Below are positions 32,278 through 41,272 of a stretch of DNA of 64,000 nucleotides, piece after piece (positions within the stretch are counted from its first letter, which is position 1; each line of letters begins with the position of its first letter). The notes beneath the pieces were generated by a model. The model searched no databases. It worked only from the letters and a program-made list of their open reading frames with translations, and was not told where the DNA came from. The translations under genes and the position numbers were made by a program. Source of the DNA: Rhodospirillales bacterium (GTDB lineage Bacteria > Pseudomonadota > Alphaproteobacteria > Micavibrionales > Micavibrionaceae); the NCBI GenBank assembly GCA_020638295.1, contig JACKIU010000002.1, positions 505,495 through 569,494 on the forward strand, read 5' to 3'.

Positions 32278-32991
32278 TTACAAAGGAGCAACATCCAAAA
32301 AAATACGATGCATCCCTGCGGCATTTTTACCCAGCTTGGCGCTACCCAGAACCTTCGACGGACCGCGCAGCTTCACCGCCACAACGCTTCCCCCCGTCTG
32401 CGACGGTTTCGCCGCATAGGCCCGCAGCACCTTGCTGTTATTAAACACGCGCTCACTGGCCGTACTCCAGGCGGTTCCCGGCAAACTGATCACCAGCAAG
32501 TTCTGGGCATTATCCAGATCAAACTCAAAATCGCCCGGCGCATCCAGATCCAGCACCAAACGGGTTTTATCCGCATGCTCGCCCAGCCGCACTCCCTGCA
32601 CATGCGCCTTGATCGTCGTGGACCCGGCCGCCGGAGCGATATCGGCACGGCTAACCGCATCTTTAAGCCCCTTAAATTCATTTTGCACAACACTGACATC
32701 GCGCTCCATTTCAACAACGCGGTTATGCTCCTCTATCGCGACCCTTACCTCATCGGCATTTTTCACATACCGGTTATGCTGAACCGTAGCATTCGGATCA
32801 ACAAGCGCCTTAGCCCGCCTGTGCTGTTCCTCCGGGGAAAGAGCATCAGATTTTTCGACTTGCTCATATGTCCCCTGTCTTTCCAGCGTATCTTCAGAAC
32901 GGGCGTTTTTATATTCAGGCAACAGCGAACACCCGGCCACAATCAACGGAACACAAAAAAGACAAAGAGACGACCGGACAAATATTCGCAT
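32278..32991 (-). CDS. AMIN domain lipoprotein
   Basis: It has the lipobox IVAGC and a C-terminal AMIN-like segment, VRLGEHADKTRLVLDLDAPGDFEFDLDNAQNLLVISLPG. Confidence 0.65.
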   Translation of the reverse strand: MRIFVRSSLCLFCVPLIVAGCSLLPEYKNARSEDTLERQGTYEQVEKSDALSPEEQHRRAKALVDPNATVQHNRYVKNADEVRVAIEEHNRVVEMERDVSVVQNEFKGLKDAVSRADIAPAAGSTTIKAHVQGVRLGEHADKTRLVLDLDAPGDFEFDLDNAQNLLVISLPGTAWSTASERVFNNSKVLRAYAAKPSQTGGSVVAVKLRGPSKVLGSAKLGKNAAGMHRIFLDVAPL

Positions 32992-33065
32992 GACGCATTA
33001 ACGCTTTCTTAAAGTTTGCGGACAATAATGAACCCAAAGATAACAAAAAAGATACTGAGGGTGAA

Positions 33066-33659
33066 ATGTTCAAGCAAGGTGAAATTCGTCAAAATCTTTT
33101 AGGATGCCTTGAAACCGCGCTTTTTATGCGCGCGGGGCTCGCGCGTTTTTGCCCCAGCCGCGAAAGCATGATGAAATCCTTCATCATCCCATTGATCTTG
33201 CTCCCCTTAACGCTGATCACTGTTTTGAGCGCCCATCCGGCCGGCGCCCTCAGCGCCGATTCGATGCAAATTCTCGCAATCATCTATAGCCTGCGCCTGT
33301 TTGTCTATCTCGGCGCTTTTCTGGCCTTCGTTTATGCCATGGCCCGCACGATGGACAAGCTGGAAGACTTTTACCGTTTCGCCACCGCCAATAACTGGCT
33401 GGCGATTCCCGCAGCCGTGCTGATGACCCCGCTGCTGATCCTGTTCCTCAATGGCCATTATCAATGGACGGAAGTTTACCCGCTGATGGTCGTCATCACG
33501 CTGTATTCCTACGCTTACACCGCGTTTATGGCCATGCATGTGATGCGTGTTCCTGCAGAACTGGGAGTCTTCATCGCCATCGCCGGGATGGCCATCCACC
33601 AGACCTCTTTAGGATTACTCAAAGTCGTTGCCGTGGGCTTTATCCAGATGATTGCTTAA
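33066..33659 (+). CDS. Hypothetical polytopic membrane protein
   Basis: It has about 5 TM helices. No family is recognised. Confidence 0.45.
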   Translation: MFKQGEIRQNLLGCLETALFMRAGLARFCPSRESMMKSFIIPLILLPLTLITVLSAHPAGALSADSMQILAIIYSLRLFVYLGAFLAFVYAMARTMDKLEDFYRFATANNWLAIPAAVLMTPLLILFLNGHYQWTEVYPLMVVITLYSYAYTAFMAMHVMRVPAELGVFIAIAGMAIHQTSLGLLKVVAVGFIQMIA

Positions 33660-34702
33660 ACCTTCAAACGTGGGAACAATTTTATAATGAGCGCAGGGTA
33701 TCTCTCCAATTCTTTCGACACCGCCATATGGGTCAGAATGCCGATTATCCATACGACGGTCAGCATGGGCAAAGGCATACCCATACTAATCCCGGCAATC
33801 CCCAAAAAACCGGTCAGCGCCATTATGCCCAGAATTATCGAAACCGACTGGCCCGGCGTAAACCCGGCCTGAATAAAGTGGTGATGAAAATGTCCACGGT
33901 CCGGTGAAAACGGATGCCGCCCTTCGCGTACCCGCCGGTAAAACTGCGCGCACTCATCCCAGATCGGCAGCGCCAGCACCCACGCCACGCCCATCGGTTC
34001 AATCACCCGTATCTCAGGACCGGACAACTTGATCGCAAACCACGCAATCATCAGCCCCAGACACAAACTGCCCGCATCGCCCAAAAACACCGCAGCCTTG
34101 CGCCTGAACGGACTGCGCATATTGTAAATGAGAAAGCCCGCCAGCGCGCCGAGAAGGATCAGAATTTGCGGCGTATGAACGCTCCAGCCCGCCAAAGCAA
34201 AACAGGCCAAAATAACAAAGCTCGCCCCACCGGCCAGCCCGTCCAGCCCGTCCATCAAATTGATGGCATTGATCACCAACATCACACAGGCCAGCGAAAA
34301 CGGGATGGCCATAAAGCCCAGCCCGAAATCCCCCAGCCCGAATAAATTGCCAAGCTGATGAATCACCGCCCCTCCGGGAAGCACGGCCAGCAAGGCCGCC
34401 AAGCCCTGCACACCAAACTTGATCCCGGCGCGCATGTGAAACCGGTCATCCAATGCGCCCATAATGAGCAACAAAACCAGCCCGGCATAAAGCGGCCAGA
34501 CGGATGAAAACTCCGCACCCATCAACAGGCTCAGCGCCATAAACACCGGCACGATTACCAGCCCGCCGACCAAGGGCACCTCGCCCACATGGTCTTTACG
34601 CCCGCCCGGCGCATCGACCAGCCCGGCGCGCTTGGCGATTTTACGCGCCAAAGGCATCAAAACCGCCACCGCGATAAAACTGATGAGAAAGAGCAAAATC
34701 AT
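33656..34702 (-). CDS. Glycosyltransferase family 4 polyprenyl-phosphate sugar-1-phosphate transferase (WecA/MraY-like)
   Basis: The polytopic protein carries the motifs GALDDRF, NAINLMDGLDGLA and the VFLGDAGS loop. The ATG at 34702 avoids overlap with the upstream gene, whereas the ORF-track start at 34759 is GTG. Confidence 0.8.
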   Translation of the reverse strand: MILLFLISFIAVAVLMPLARKIAKRAGLVDAPGGRKDHVGEVPLVGGLVIVPVFMALSLLMGAEFSSVWPLYAGLVLLLIMGALDDRFHMRAGIKFGVQGLAALLAVLPGGAVIHQLGNLFGLGDFGLGFMAIPFSLACVMLVINAINLMDGLDGLAGGASFVILACFALAGWSVHTPQILILLGALAGFLIYNMRSPFRRKAAVFLGDAGSLCLGLMIAWFAIKLSGPEIRVIEPMGVAWVLALPIWDECAQFYRRVREGRHPFSPDRGHFHHHFIQAGFTPGQSVSIILGIMALTGFLGIAGISMGMPLPMLTVVWIIGILTHMAVSKELERYPALIIKLFPRLKV

Positions 34703-34715
34703 GATGAAATTCTTA

Positions 34716-35741
34716 TCAGATAAACCGCGCCGGAGAAAGAGCCGCAATCGTATCTGCACCCAGACAAGCAGGCCGATCCAAAATCATATCGGCCAGCAGA
34801 TGCGCCGCCATGATCGAGCTGACAATCCCGTGAGAACCATGCGCGGTAGAGACGTAAATGTTGTCCTTGCCCGGCAAGCGGCCCACCATCGGGAAATGAT
34901 CGCGCGAAGTCACCCGCACCGCCGCGCGGTGGTCGACAACCGTGAGGCCCTTCTCCAGCCCCGGTACATTCACCGCCAGCTTTTGCAAATTCTCCGCGTC
35001 ATCCTGTTCAAGCACCTGCGAATGATCCAGCCAACGCTGAAACGTTGAACCCAGCACATGCACGCCCGCGTCTGCCGGCATCATGTACCCGCCATAACAC
35101 AAATGACAGCGCAGCTTTTCACTCTGCTCCGTCGACGCCACCTGCGTAATTTGCCCGCGCACTTTACCCAAAGGCATATCAGGGAAAAATTTGAGCGCCT
35201 CCGGCCCGCAGGCGAGAATAACCGCATCGGCCTCCAGCGCTTCATAATCTTCGACCGGTGCATTCAAATGATAATCCACCCCGTCCATATAGGCCGCCGC
35301 CAGCTTCTTCAAACACACACTGCCCGATTGCGGTAAGTGCAGCGCCCCGTACCCAAGCGGAACGCCCGCAATTTCCGAAGCCTCCTTCACCCCGACAAGG
35401 CGCATATGCGCCTCATCCCATCCCCAATTCTCAATCGTCTGGGAAAAGCGCCGCTCTTTTTTCTCGTCATTGATCAGGTGCAACGCCCCCGAAGGCCGCC
35501 AGCCAATATCCGAAAAGGCGGCAAAGGTGCGCAGCGCCATCGCGTAGGCCGAAATATAAAAATCGCTCTGCGGATTGCGCTCCGCCGTAAAGCGCGGGTT
35601 ATAAAGCCCGTAAGGATTGCCAGACGCCCCGGAGGCCAACGCATCCGAAGCCTCATAAACCACCGGCGTAACACCCGCATTCTTCAGCACGAAGGCCAGC
35701 GCGCACCCGGCAATCCCTCCACCGAGTATCGCAATTTTCAT
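34716..35741 (-). CDS. mnmC: FAD-dependent cmnm5s2U demodifying oxidoreductase (MnmC C-terminal-domain homologue), stand-alone
   Basis: MKIAILGGGIAGCALAF is a dinucleotide-binding motif and the body is DAO-family. Its start forms an ATGA overlap with the methyltransferase ORF stop. Confidence 0.7.
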   Translation of the reverse strand: MKIAILGGGIAGCALAFVLKNAGVTPVVYEASDALASGASGNPYGLYNPRFTAERNPQSDFYISAYAMALRTFAAFSDIGWRPSGALHLINDEKKERRFSQTIENWGWDEAHMRLVGVKEASEIAGVPLGYGALHLPQSGSVCLKKLAAAYMDGVDYHLNAPVEDYEALEADAVILACGPEALKFFPDMPLGKVRGQITQVASTEQSEKLRCHLCYGGYMMPADAGVHVLGSTFQRWLDHSQVLEQDDAENLQKLAVNVPGLEKGLTVVDHRAAVRVTSRDHFPMVGRLPGKDNIYVSTAHGSHGIVSSIMAAHLLADMILDRPACLGADTIAALSPARFI

Positions 35742-36430
35742 GATAAGGACTCCTGATTGAAGCATCCTATGGTCATATCGCGCTTGCGGCCAAACCCCGG
35801 CACTTTTTCAACCGCAAAACCAACTTCCGCCAGACCGCGCCGCACCTTTCCCGCCGCCGTAAAGGTCGCCAGCCGCGTCCCAGGCTTGCTCAGCCGCGCC
35901 ATATGCGTAAACACATTTTCACTCCACATATCCGGATTGCTTGAAGGCTTAAACCCGTCGAGAAACCATGCATCGACGCGAGCCTCCAGCCGCGGCAACG
36001 CGATATTCACATCGTCAAACACCAGCGTCAGGCTCACCCGCTCATTCAGTGCCAAACGGTGAAATCCCGGCATCAAGGCAGGATAAAGCTGAACCATACG
36101 GCTCAAGTGCCCTTCAAAAAACTCCGCCCACGGGTGAAGATGCAATCGGATTTCCTCCGCATCCAGCGGATATTTTTCAAACGAAATAAAATCAAGGCGT
36201 TGATGACTTTGCGCCGTATCTTCAAACCGCTTCCACGCCGCCAGAAAATTCAGCCCCGTCCCAAAGCCCGTTTCACAAATCACATACCGATCGCGCCCCT
36301 GCCAGCCGCGCGGCAAGCGATTGCCGTCCAGAAACACATGTTCGGTTTCTGCCAACCCGTCATCGGCGGAAAAATACACATCGTCGAATTCTTTTGATTT
36401 CGGAGCTCCTTTGGGACTTGCACCAAACAT
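35738..36430 (-). CDS. mnmC: tRNA 5-aminomethyl-2-thiouridine methyltransferase (MnmC N-terminal-domain homologue, DUF752), stand-alone
   Basis: FDDVYFSADDGLAETEHVFLDGNRLP...ICETGFGTGLNFL...DAWFLDGFKPSSNPDMW matches the MnmC methyltransferase domain. Confidence 0.75.
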   Translation of the reverse strand: MFGASPKGAPKSKEFDDVYFSADDGLAETEHVFLDGNRLPRGWQGRDRYVICETGFGTGLNFLAAWKRFEDTAQSHQRLDFISFEKYPLDAEEIRLHLHPWAEFFEGHLSRMVQLYPALMPGFHRLALNERVSLTLVFDDVNIALPRLEARVDAWFLDGFKPSSNPDMWSENVFTHMARLSKPGTRLATFTAAGKVRRGLAEVGFAVEKVPGFGRKRDMTIGCFNQESLS

Positions 36431-36484
36431 TCCGGCCTCTATAGTTATTCATTCAAGTTAAGAACTTATGCGAGTCATACCACA

Positions 36485-38533
36485 ATGTCCAAAAATCCAC
36501 TGCTAGAAATTTCGATCCTGCCCAACCACGCGCCAGCCTTTAGCAAAATCAAGATTGAGCATTATATGCCCGCCGCCCTGGCCGCCATTGAAGAGGCCCG
36601 CGCGGCCTATGACGCGATCAAAGCCAACCCCGAAGAACCCACCTTCAAAAACACCGTTGAGGCCATGGAAACCGCGGGCGAAACACTGGGGCAAGTCACC
36701 GGCATTTTCTACAACCAGCTCTCCTGCATGGGCGGGGATGAACTGCACGAACTGGCCGAAAAAATCGGCCCCCTGACATCGAATTTCTCCAGCGACATCA
36801 TCCTTGATGAAGCGCTGTTCGCGCGTCTTAAGGCCGTGCATGACAAAATCGACGAACTGGATCTCACCACCGAACAACGCACCCTTTTGGACGAGGACTA
36901 TAAGAATTTCGTCCGCGGCGGCGCGCTTTTGCCAGACGATAAAAAACAGCGCCTGCGCGAAATCAACGAGGCCCTGTCCACTCTCGGCCCCTCATTCATG
37001 AACAACGCCAAAAAATCCGCCGAGCAGTTTGAACTGGTGATCACCGATAAAGCCGACCTCGCCGGTCTGCCCGAAAGCGCAACTGAAGCCGCCAGACACG
37101 CCGCAGAAGAAAAGGACATGCCGGGCAAATGGCGCTTCACCCTCGATTACCCCAGCTATATCCCCTTCGTGCAATACGCCAACAACCGGGCCTTGCGTGA
37201 GAAAATGTGGCGGGCCTTTGGCAACCGCGCCTACGGCGATGAATTCGATAACTGCGAAAACATCAAAAAGATTGTTTCACTCAAAGACGAACGCGCCAAA
37301 TTGCTCGGCTTTAAACACCACGCCGATTACGTGCTTGAACGCCGCATGGCCGAAAAGCCGGAAACCGTATTGGCCTTCCTCGAAAAACTCAAAACCGCCT
37401 ATAAGCCGGCCGCTCAGGCCGACCTCAAATCCCTGCAGGCTTTTGCCAAAGAGCAAGGAATTGCCGAAGACCTCAAACCCTGGGACGTCGGCTATTACGC
37501 GGAAAAGCTCAAACAAAAGCTCTTCGATTTTTCATCCGAAGATCTACGCCCCTACTTCCCGCTCGACAATGTTTTAAAGGGCTGCTTCGATCACTTCTCG
37601 AAACTCTTCGGCCTCGAATTCCGCGAGGCGAAAACCTACGACACTTGGCACGAAGACGTCAAAACCTTCGAGCTTTTCGACAAAACCAGCGGCGCATTTA
37701 TCGGTACGCTCTATGGCGATTTCTTCCCGCGCTCCGGCAAAAAAGACGGTGCATGGATGACCGCCTACCGCGGCCAGGGCCTGTTCCATGGCAAGGTCGA
37801 ACGCCCGGTCATCGCTATTGTCTGTAACTTCACCAAGCCGACCGCCGACAAGCCCTCGCTCATCACCCATGGCGAGGTCACAACCCTGTTCCACGAAATG
37901 GGCCACGCCATCCATGGCCTGCTCTCCAATATCACCTATCGCTCGCTGTCCGGCACATCCGTGCTGTGGGACTTTGTCGAACTGCCCTCCCAAGTGCAGG
38001 AAAACTGGTGTTACGAAAAAGAAACCCTCGATATGTTCGCCGCCCATTATGAAACCGGTGAAAAAATCCCCGCCGAGTTGATTGAAAAAGTCCGTAGCGC
38101 CAAAAATTTCATGGTCGGCTGGGGCGGCCTGCGCCAGATTGCGCTAGGCACGCTGGATATGACATGGCACACCGCCGACCCGGATACTATCGATGATGTC
38201 GCCACCTTTGAGGATGAGGCCGTCAAAGACGCCGTTCTCTTCCCGCGATTGGCCGGTCCGGTCTCCGCCAGCTTCAGCCACATTTTCGCCGGCGGCTATT
38301 CCGCCGGATATTACAGCTATAAATGGGCCGAGGTTCTGGACGCCGATACGTTTGAGTTGTTCCTCGAACGCGGTCTCTATGATCAGGATACCGCCAAAGC
38401 CTACCGCGCGGAAATTCTCTCGCAAGGCGGCTCGCAGCACCCGGCCATCCTGTACCGGAATTTCCGTGGCCGCGACGCCGATCCCGACGCCCTGCTCCGC
38501 CGCGAAGACCTCCTGCACGACAAGGCCGCCTAA
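36485..38533 (+). CDS. dcp: M3 family peptidyl-dipeptidase Dcp / oligopeptidase
   Basis: It has the zinc site LFHEMGHAIH and an M3-typical length of 682 aa. Confidence 0.85.
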   Translation: MSKNPLLEISILPNHAPAFSKIKIEHYMPAALAAIEEARAAYDAIKANPEEPTFKNTVEAMETAGETLGQVTGIFYNQLSCMGGDELHELAEKIGPLTSNFSSDIILDEALFARLKAVHDKIDELDLTTEQRTLLDEDYKNFVRGGALLPDDKKQRLREINEALSTLGPSFMNNAKKSAEQFELVITDKADLAGLPESATEAARHAAEEKDMPGKWRFTLDYPSYIPFVQYANNRALREKMWRAFGNRAYGDEFDNCENIKKIVSLKDERAKLLGFKHHADYVLERRMAEKPETVLAFLEKLKTAYKPAAQADLKSLQAFAKEQGIAEDLKPWDVGYYAEKLKQKLFDFSSEDLRPYFPLDNVLKGCFDHFSKLFGLEFREAKTYDTWHEDVKTFELFDKTSGAFIGTLYGDFFPRSGKKDGAWMTAYRGQGLFHGKVERPVIAIVCNFTKPTADKPSLITHGEVTTLFHEMGHAIHGLLSNITYRSLSGTSVLWDFVELPSQVQENWCYEKETLDMFAAHYETGEKIPAELIEKVRSAKNFMVGWGGLRQIALGTLDMTWHTADPDTIDDVATFEDEAVKDAVLFPRLAGPVSASFSHIFAGGYSAGYYSYKWAEVLDADTFELFLERGLYDQDTAKAYRAEILSQGGSQHPAILYRNFRGRDADPDALLRREDLLHDKAA

Positions 38534-38552
38534 GAATCTCAATTTTCGAAGG

Positions 38553-38636
38553 CATTTTGTTCCTGACGAGGCGCGCGAAGCGACGCGTATGAACAATACG
38601 CGAGCGACAAGCAACAAAGTCAGGGACGAAATGACG
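38553..38636. repeat. Palindromic repeat, related variant (CGTCATTTCGTCCCTGAC...GTCAGGAACAAAATG read on the minus strand)
   Basis: It has inverted arms of about 15 bp and shares the CGTCATT terminus with the main family. It lies just after the dcp stop. Confidence 0.6.
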
Positions 38637-38639
38637 AAG

Positions 38640-38678
38640 AAAAAGAAGAAGTCTGAGAGGCACGAGGGCCCCTCAGAC
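38640..38678 (-). terminator. Intrinsic terminator of the orphan transcript
   Basis: On the minus strand it is GTCTGAGG-ggccctcgtg-CCTC(T)CAGAC followed by TTCTTCTTTTTCTTC. Confidence 0.6.
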
Positions 38679-38950
38679 TTCAGGCGTGTGTGGGGTTCCA
38701 AGTTACTCTACCCACCGGCATGGAACTAGGTGCCGGTTTCGATTATCACGCATCGCGCTGCAATGGGGGAGGATGACCCTAAAGTAGGAGGGCCAAGCGC
38801 ACCGCTCAAGCGCGTGATAATTCGGACAACGACCTGTCGCAATCATGCGCCCAAAAGTCGTAAACCCTATCAATCCTGTGTTCACCACTTCACAGCCACA
38901 CACGCTTTACGGTGAATATTTTATGTAAATAAATACAAATATTATGTAAT
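38640..38950 (-). ncRNA. Candidate structured non-coding RNA (family not recognised)
   Basis: A promoter and terminator bracket about 300 nt. Perfect 10-bp long-range helices pair 38684-38693 with 38896-38905 and 38742-38751 with 38812-38821. Local hairpins are 38714-20/38731-37, 38876-80/38891-95 and 38829-33/38857-61. CCUCC and CCUCCCCC tracts occur in the minus sense. The only ORF (GTG start, 66 aa) has no SD. Confidence 0.5.
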
Positions 38951-38957
38951 AAATCGC

Positions 38958-38986
38958 TTTGTAGCAATTGATATACATAATGTCAA
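38958..38986 (-). promoter_or_regulatory. Candidate sigma70 promoter TTGACA-N17-TACAAA
   Basis: On the minus strand the -35 lies at 38986-38981 and the -10 at 38963-38958. Two direct TTATGTAA repeats (38921-28 and 38942-49, 21 bp apart) lie just downstream. Confidence 0.5.
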
Positions 38987-39121
38987 AGAAAAAAGTGCGC
39001 TCTGACCTTCAGGTTAGGAAAGTGTCTACACATGAGTCCCGCAAAACGGTCGCCTGCCCTTGATTTAAAAAATGCATTATGGTAAAACTAAATACAAACT
39101 TGCACCAGTAAAACGCCGATT

Positions 39122-40048
39122 ATGGACAGATTAAATCGCATTTTTGCCGCAAGCGTGCTTTTAGCGGCTTCAGGAACGACCGCAGCCGATCCTCAGCCTG
39201 AAAACGGTACGATTACACCATGGAGCGCTGCGCCCACCGACCGCCCCGTCACGCTTCCCGCCGATCTGATTAACAAAAATGTACGCCGTCTTGATCATCT
39301 GGCTTCGGCCGCGCTGTATTACGAACTGTACGACAACGCCGCCAAACGCCTATCCGTCTATAACCCCAAAACCGGAAAAACCGAAATCTACGAATTTGTC
39401 GAGAATATCAATAATCCGCAGAGCGGTTCCCATTTCAAAATCATCAAAAACCCGAACACCGGACACTATGTTTTGTTCGCCAAGGGGATGGACATGCCCG
39501 GACGGGATGAAGGCGCCGGAGAATGGGGGTTCCTGAAAGATTCCATCCAGCACGGACACACAACGAAAGGCTGCCTGACAACTCAGGCCATAGACGGAGA
39601 GAAAGCCTATCTTCACCTTCTGCAAAACCCGGAAGTAACATCGATAGAAATCATCGGATATTCTATCGGCTCAACATCCGCCAATTACCTCGCAGCCATT
39701 TACGGCGCATCCGTCACAAATATCGCAGACCTTGGCATACCGGGCACTATAGCAAGATCGAGCTCTCCTGATGATATCTTTAACACCTGTTCACACGGCA
39801 CATTCCCGCCCGCCACAGGTGCCATTGAACACAATATGCACTCAAACATAAAAAGCCTTAAGTTGCGTTGTGACCTGATGGGCGGTCTTTTGGGCGATAT
39901 TGGAAAGGAATTTGGAAAGGTAATTGTTCTGGGAGACGGCCCTTTTATGGGCCACGTTCCCAAACATTATGCTAACGCCGTTTACACATACGATCCAGAT
40001 GCGCCAAAAGTTGAAACGCTGGAAGCCTTCCCAAAACCGCTCTTTTAG
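39122..40048 (+). CDS. Secreted alpha/beta-hydrolase (lipase/esterase-like) protein
   Basis: It has a signal peptide (IFAASVLLAASGTTAA) and a nucleophile elbow, IIGYSIGSTSANYLAAIYG (GxSxG). The upstream flank is AT-rich. Confidence 0.5.
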   Translation: MDRLNRIFAASVLLAASGTTAADPQPENGTITPWSAAPTDRPVTLPADLINKNVRRLDHLASAALYYELYDNAAKRLSVYNPKTGKTEIYEFVENINNPQSGSHFKIIKNPNTGHYVLFAKGMDMPGRDEGAGEWGFLKDSIQHGHTTKGCLTTQAIDGEKAYLHLLQNPEVTSIEIIGYSIGSTSANYLAAIYGASVTNIADLGIPGTIARSSSPDDIFNTCSHGTFPPATGAIEHNMHSNIKSLKLRCDLMGGLLGDIGKEFGKVIVLGDGPFMGHVPKHYANAVYTYDPDAPKVETLEAFPKPLF

Positions 40049-40062
40049 TATCAGGACAACAC

Positions 40063-40968
40063 CTAAAGGAGTTCAGCCAGCATACAACGCGCCGAGCCGC
40101 CGCCATAACGCTCCAGCGTCGGCAAAGGACTGTAAATCAACTTCGAAAAATGCTGATGACATTTCTCAAGCTGGCTTTCACTCAGAGCTTGCAAGGCCCG
40201 CTCCGACAGCACCAGCATCTTTTCCCCGCCATACCCGACCACCTCCAGCGCATTTCCGCAAAACGCCCGGAGCTGGTCATTATCAAACTCGATCACCTCA
40301 TGCGTCTCGCGCAATGATGACAGAACCCGCCCGCGATCCTCATCCTCAATACACGCACTACATATTCCAGCCAACGTTGTTCCAATCCACATTACGCAAT
40401 CGGTATGATAAACCGGAATGCCGGTATGGCTATGTGTCTGGAAAAACTCAATCTCATAGTCCATAAAATCGGCCCATTTGCGCGCCAGCCCCTCATCGGT
40501 TCGCCGTGACAACGCCGCATAGGCGCGCCTGTTCACCCGGTCCGAAACAATACTGGCCGTACTTTCCAGCGCCAGCCCGAACTCTTCATATTCCGTCCAG
40601 TCAATGAGATCGGAATAAATCTTATTCAGCAGCGCAATAATATCTTCACTGCGTTCGTCCTGCCGGTTTTTATTCATCATAGGACACAGCATGAGCCGCC
40701 CGTCGGGAAATGCAAAAAACCAGTTGGGAAACACCATATCCGGACACCCCGGCAACGCCTTGGCCGCCGTAATTTTCACGCCGTTTTCGACCAGTTTGTC
40801 GTGCAATTCGCGAAATTCCCGCAAAGCCCGCGCACTGGTCACCTCGACGGGTTCATGATCGTCAACCTGATAGGCATTGGTTTCCATGGTCTCAGGGTTG
40901 GCATAAAAACCCGCCGGTTCAATCATCAGCAAATGATTGGTCGATTGTGAAAAAGAATGTGCGTTCAT
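40063..40968 (-). CDS. Amidinotransferase-fold hydrolase (CtlX / arginine-deiminase-related family)
   Basis: The C-terminal GGGSARCMLAEL carries the catalytic-Cys motif of the guanidino-group-modifying enzyme fold. The N-terminal LMIEPAGFYANPET is typical of CtlX-like proteins. Confidence 0.7.
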   Translation of the reverse strand: MNAHSFSQSTNHLLMIEPAGFYANPETMETNAYQVDDHEPVEVTSARALREFRELHDKLVENGVKITAAKALPGCPDMVFPNWFFAFPDGRLMLCPMMNKNRQDERSEDIIALLNKIYSDLIDWTEYEEFGLALESTASIVSDRVNRRAYAALSRRTDEGLARKWADFMDYEIEFFQTHSHTGIPVYHTDCVMWIGTTLAGICSACIEDEDRGRVLSSLRETHEVIEFDNDQLRAFCGNALEVVGYGGEKMLVLSERALQALSESQLEKCHQHFSKLIYSPLPTLERYGGGSARCMLAELL

Positions 40969-41272
40969 GTGTAAAAAGAAATCATCAGAGGAACAATGCC
41001 GACAAGAGCGCCGGACACAAACCCATTATGCCCGATCACAACCGGAATTGCATCCCCGATCCGCAATTTCCTTCAAAATATGCTGCCTTTCACCCAATTC
41101 TCAACGTCCTGAAAGCTTAACACATACAAAATTCCCGCAGCCCCGGCGAAAGCCGTGGGCTATAGAGGCTTAAGAAAGACTCAAGAGGCTCCGGGTCAAG
41201 CCCGGGGTTACAATTTTTTCTTTTTCAGGTCGTTAAAAGAAGTTGAGAACAGAGTGACTTTCTTAAAAACGA

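Noticed and set aside
34716-36430. The split mnmC could be a frameshifted pseudogene.
   Set aside because: The junction is a clean ATGA stop/start overlap, and the second ORF begins with a canonical MKIAILGGGIAG dinucleotide-binding N-terminus. No homology is lost at the junction.
38703-38903. A 66-aa Cys-rich ORF lies on the minus strand inside the candidate ncRNA.
   Set aside because: It has a GTG start with no Shine-Dalgarno sequence and spans the base-paired helices. It is more likely a chance ORF in a structured RNA.
38640-38950. I tried to identify the structured RNA as tmRNA (including the two-piece alphaproteobacterial form), RNase P RNA, SRP RNA or 6S RNA.
   Set aside because: I found no T-loop GGTTCGA, no ACCA acceptor end, no ANDN-type tag frame, no GGAAAGTCCGG P4 motif and no SRP domain IV motif. 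The predicted multi-branch layout also does not resemble the single long 6S hairpin. This is recall-based only, and cmscan is needed.
41040-41225. Hairpins lie in the 304-bp spacer upstream of the CtlX-like gene. They include a GAAA-tetraloop stem at about 41140-41158 and CCGGGtcaagCCCGG followed by a T-run. I considered a possible sRNA or riboswitch.
   Set aside because: The T-run is 8 nt from the stem and there is no convincing promoter on the plus strand. I recognise no riboswitch core motifs. The evidence is too weak to call.
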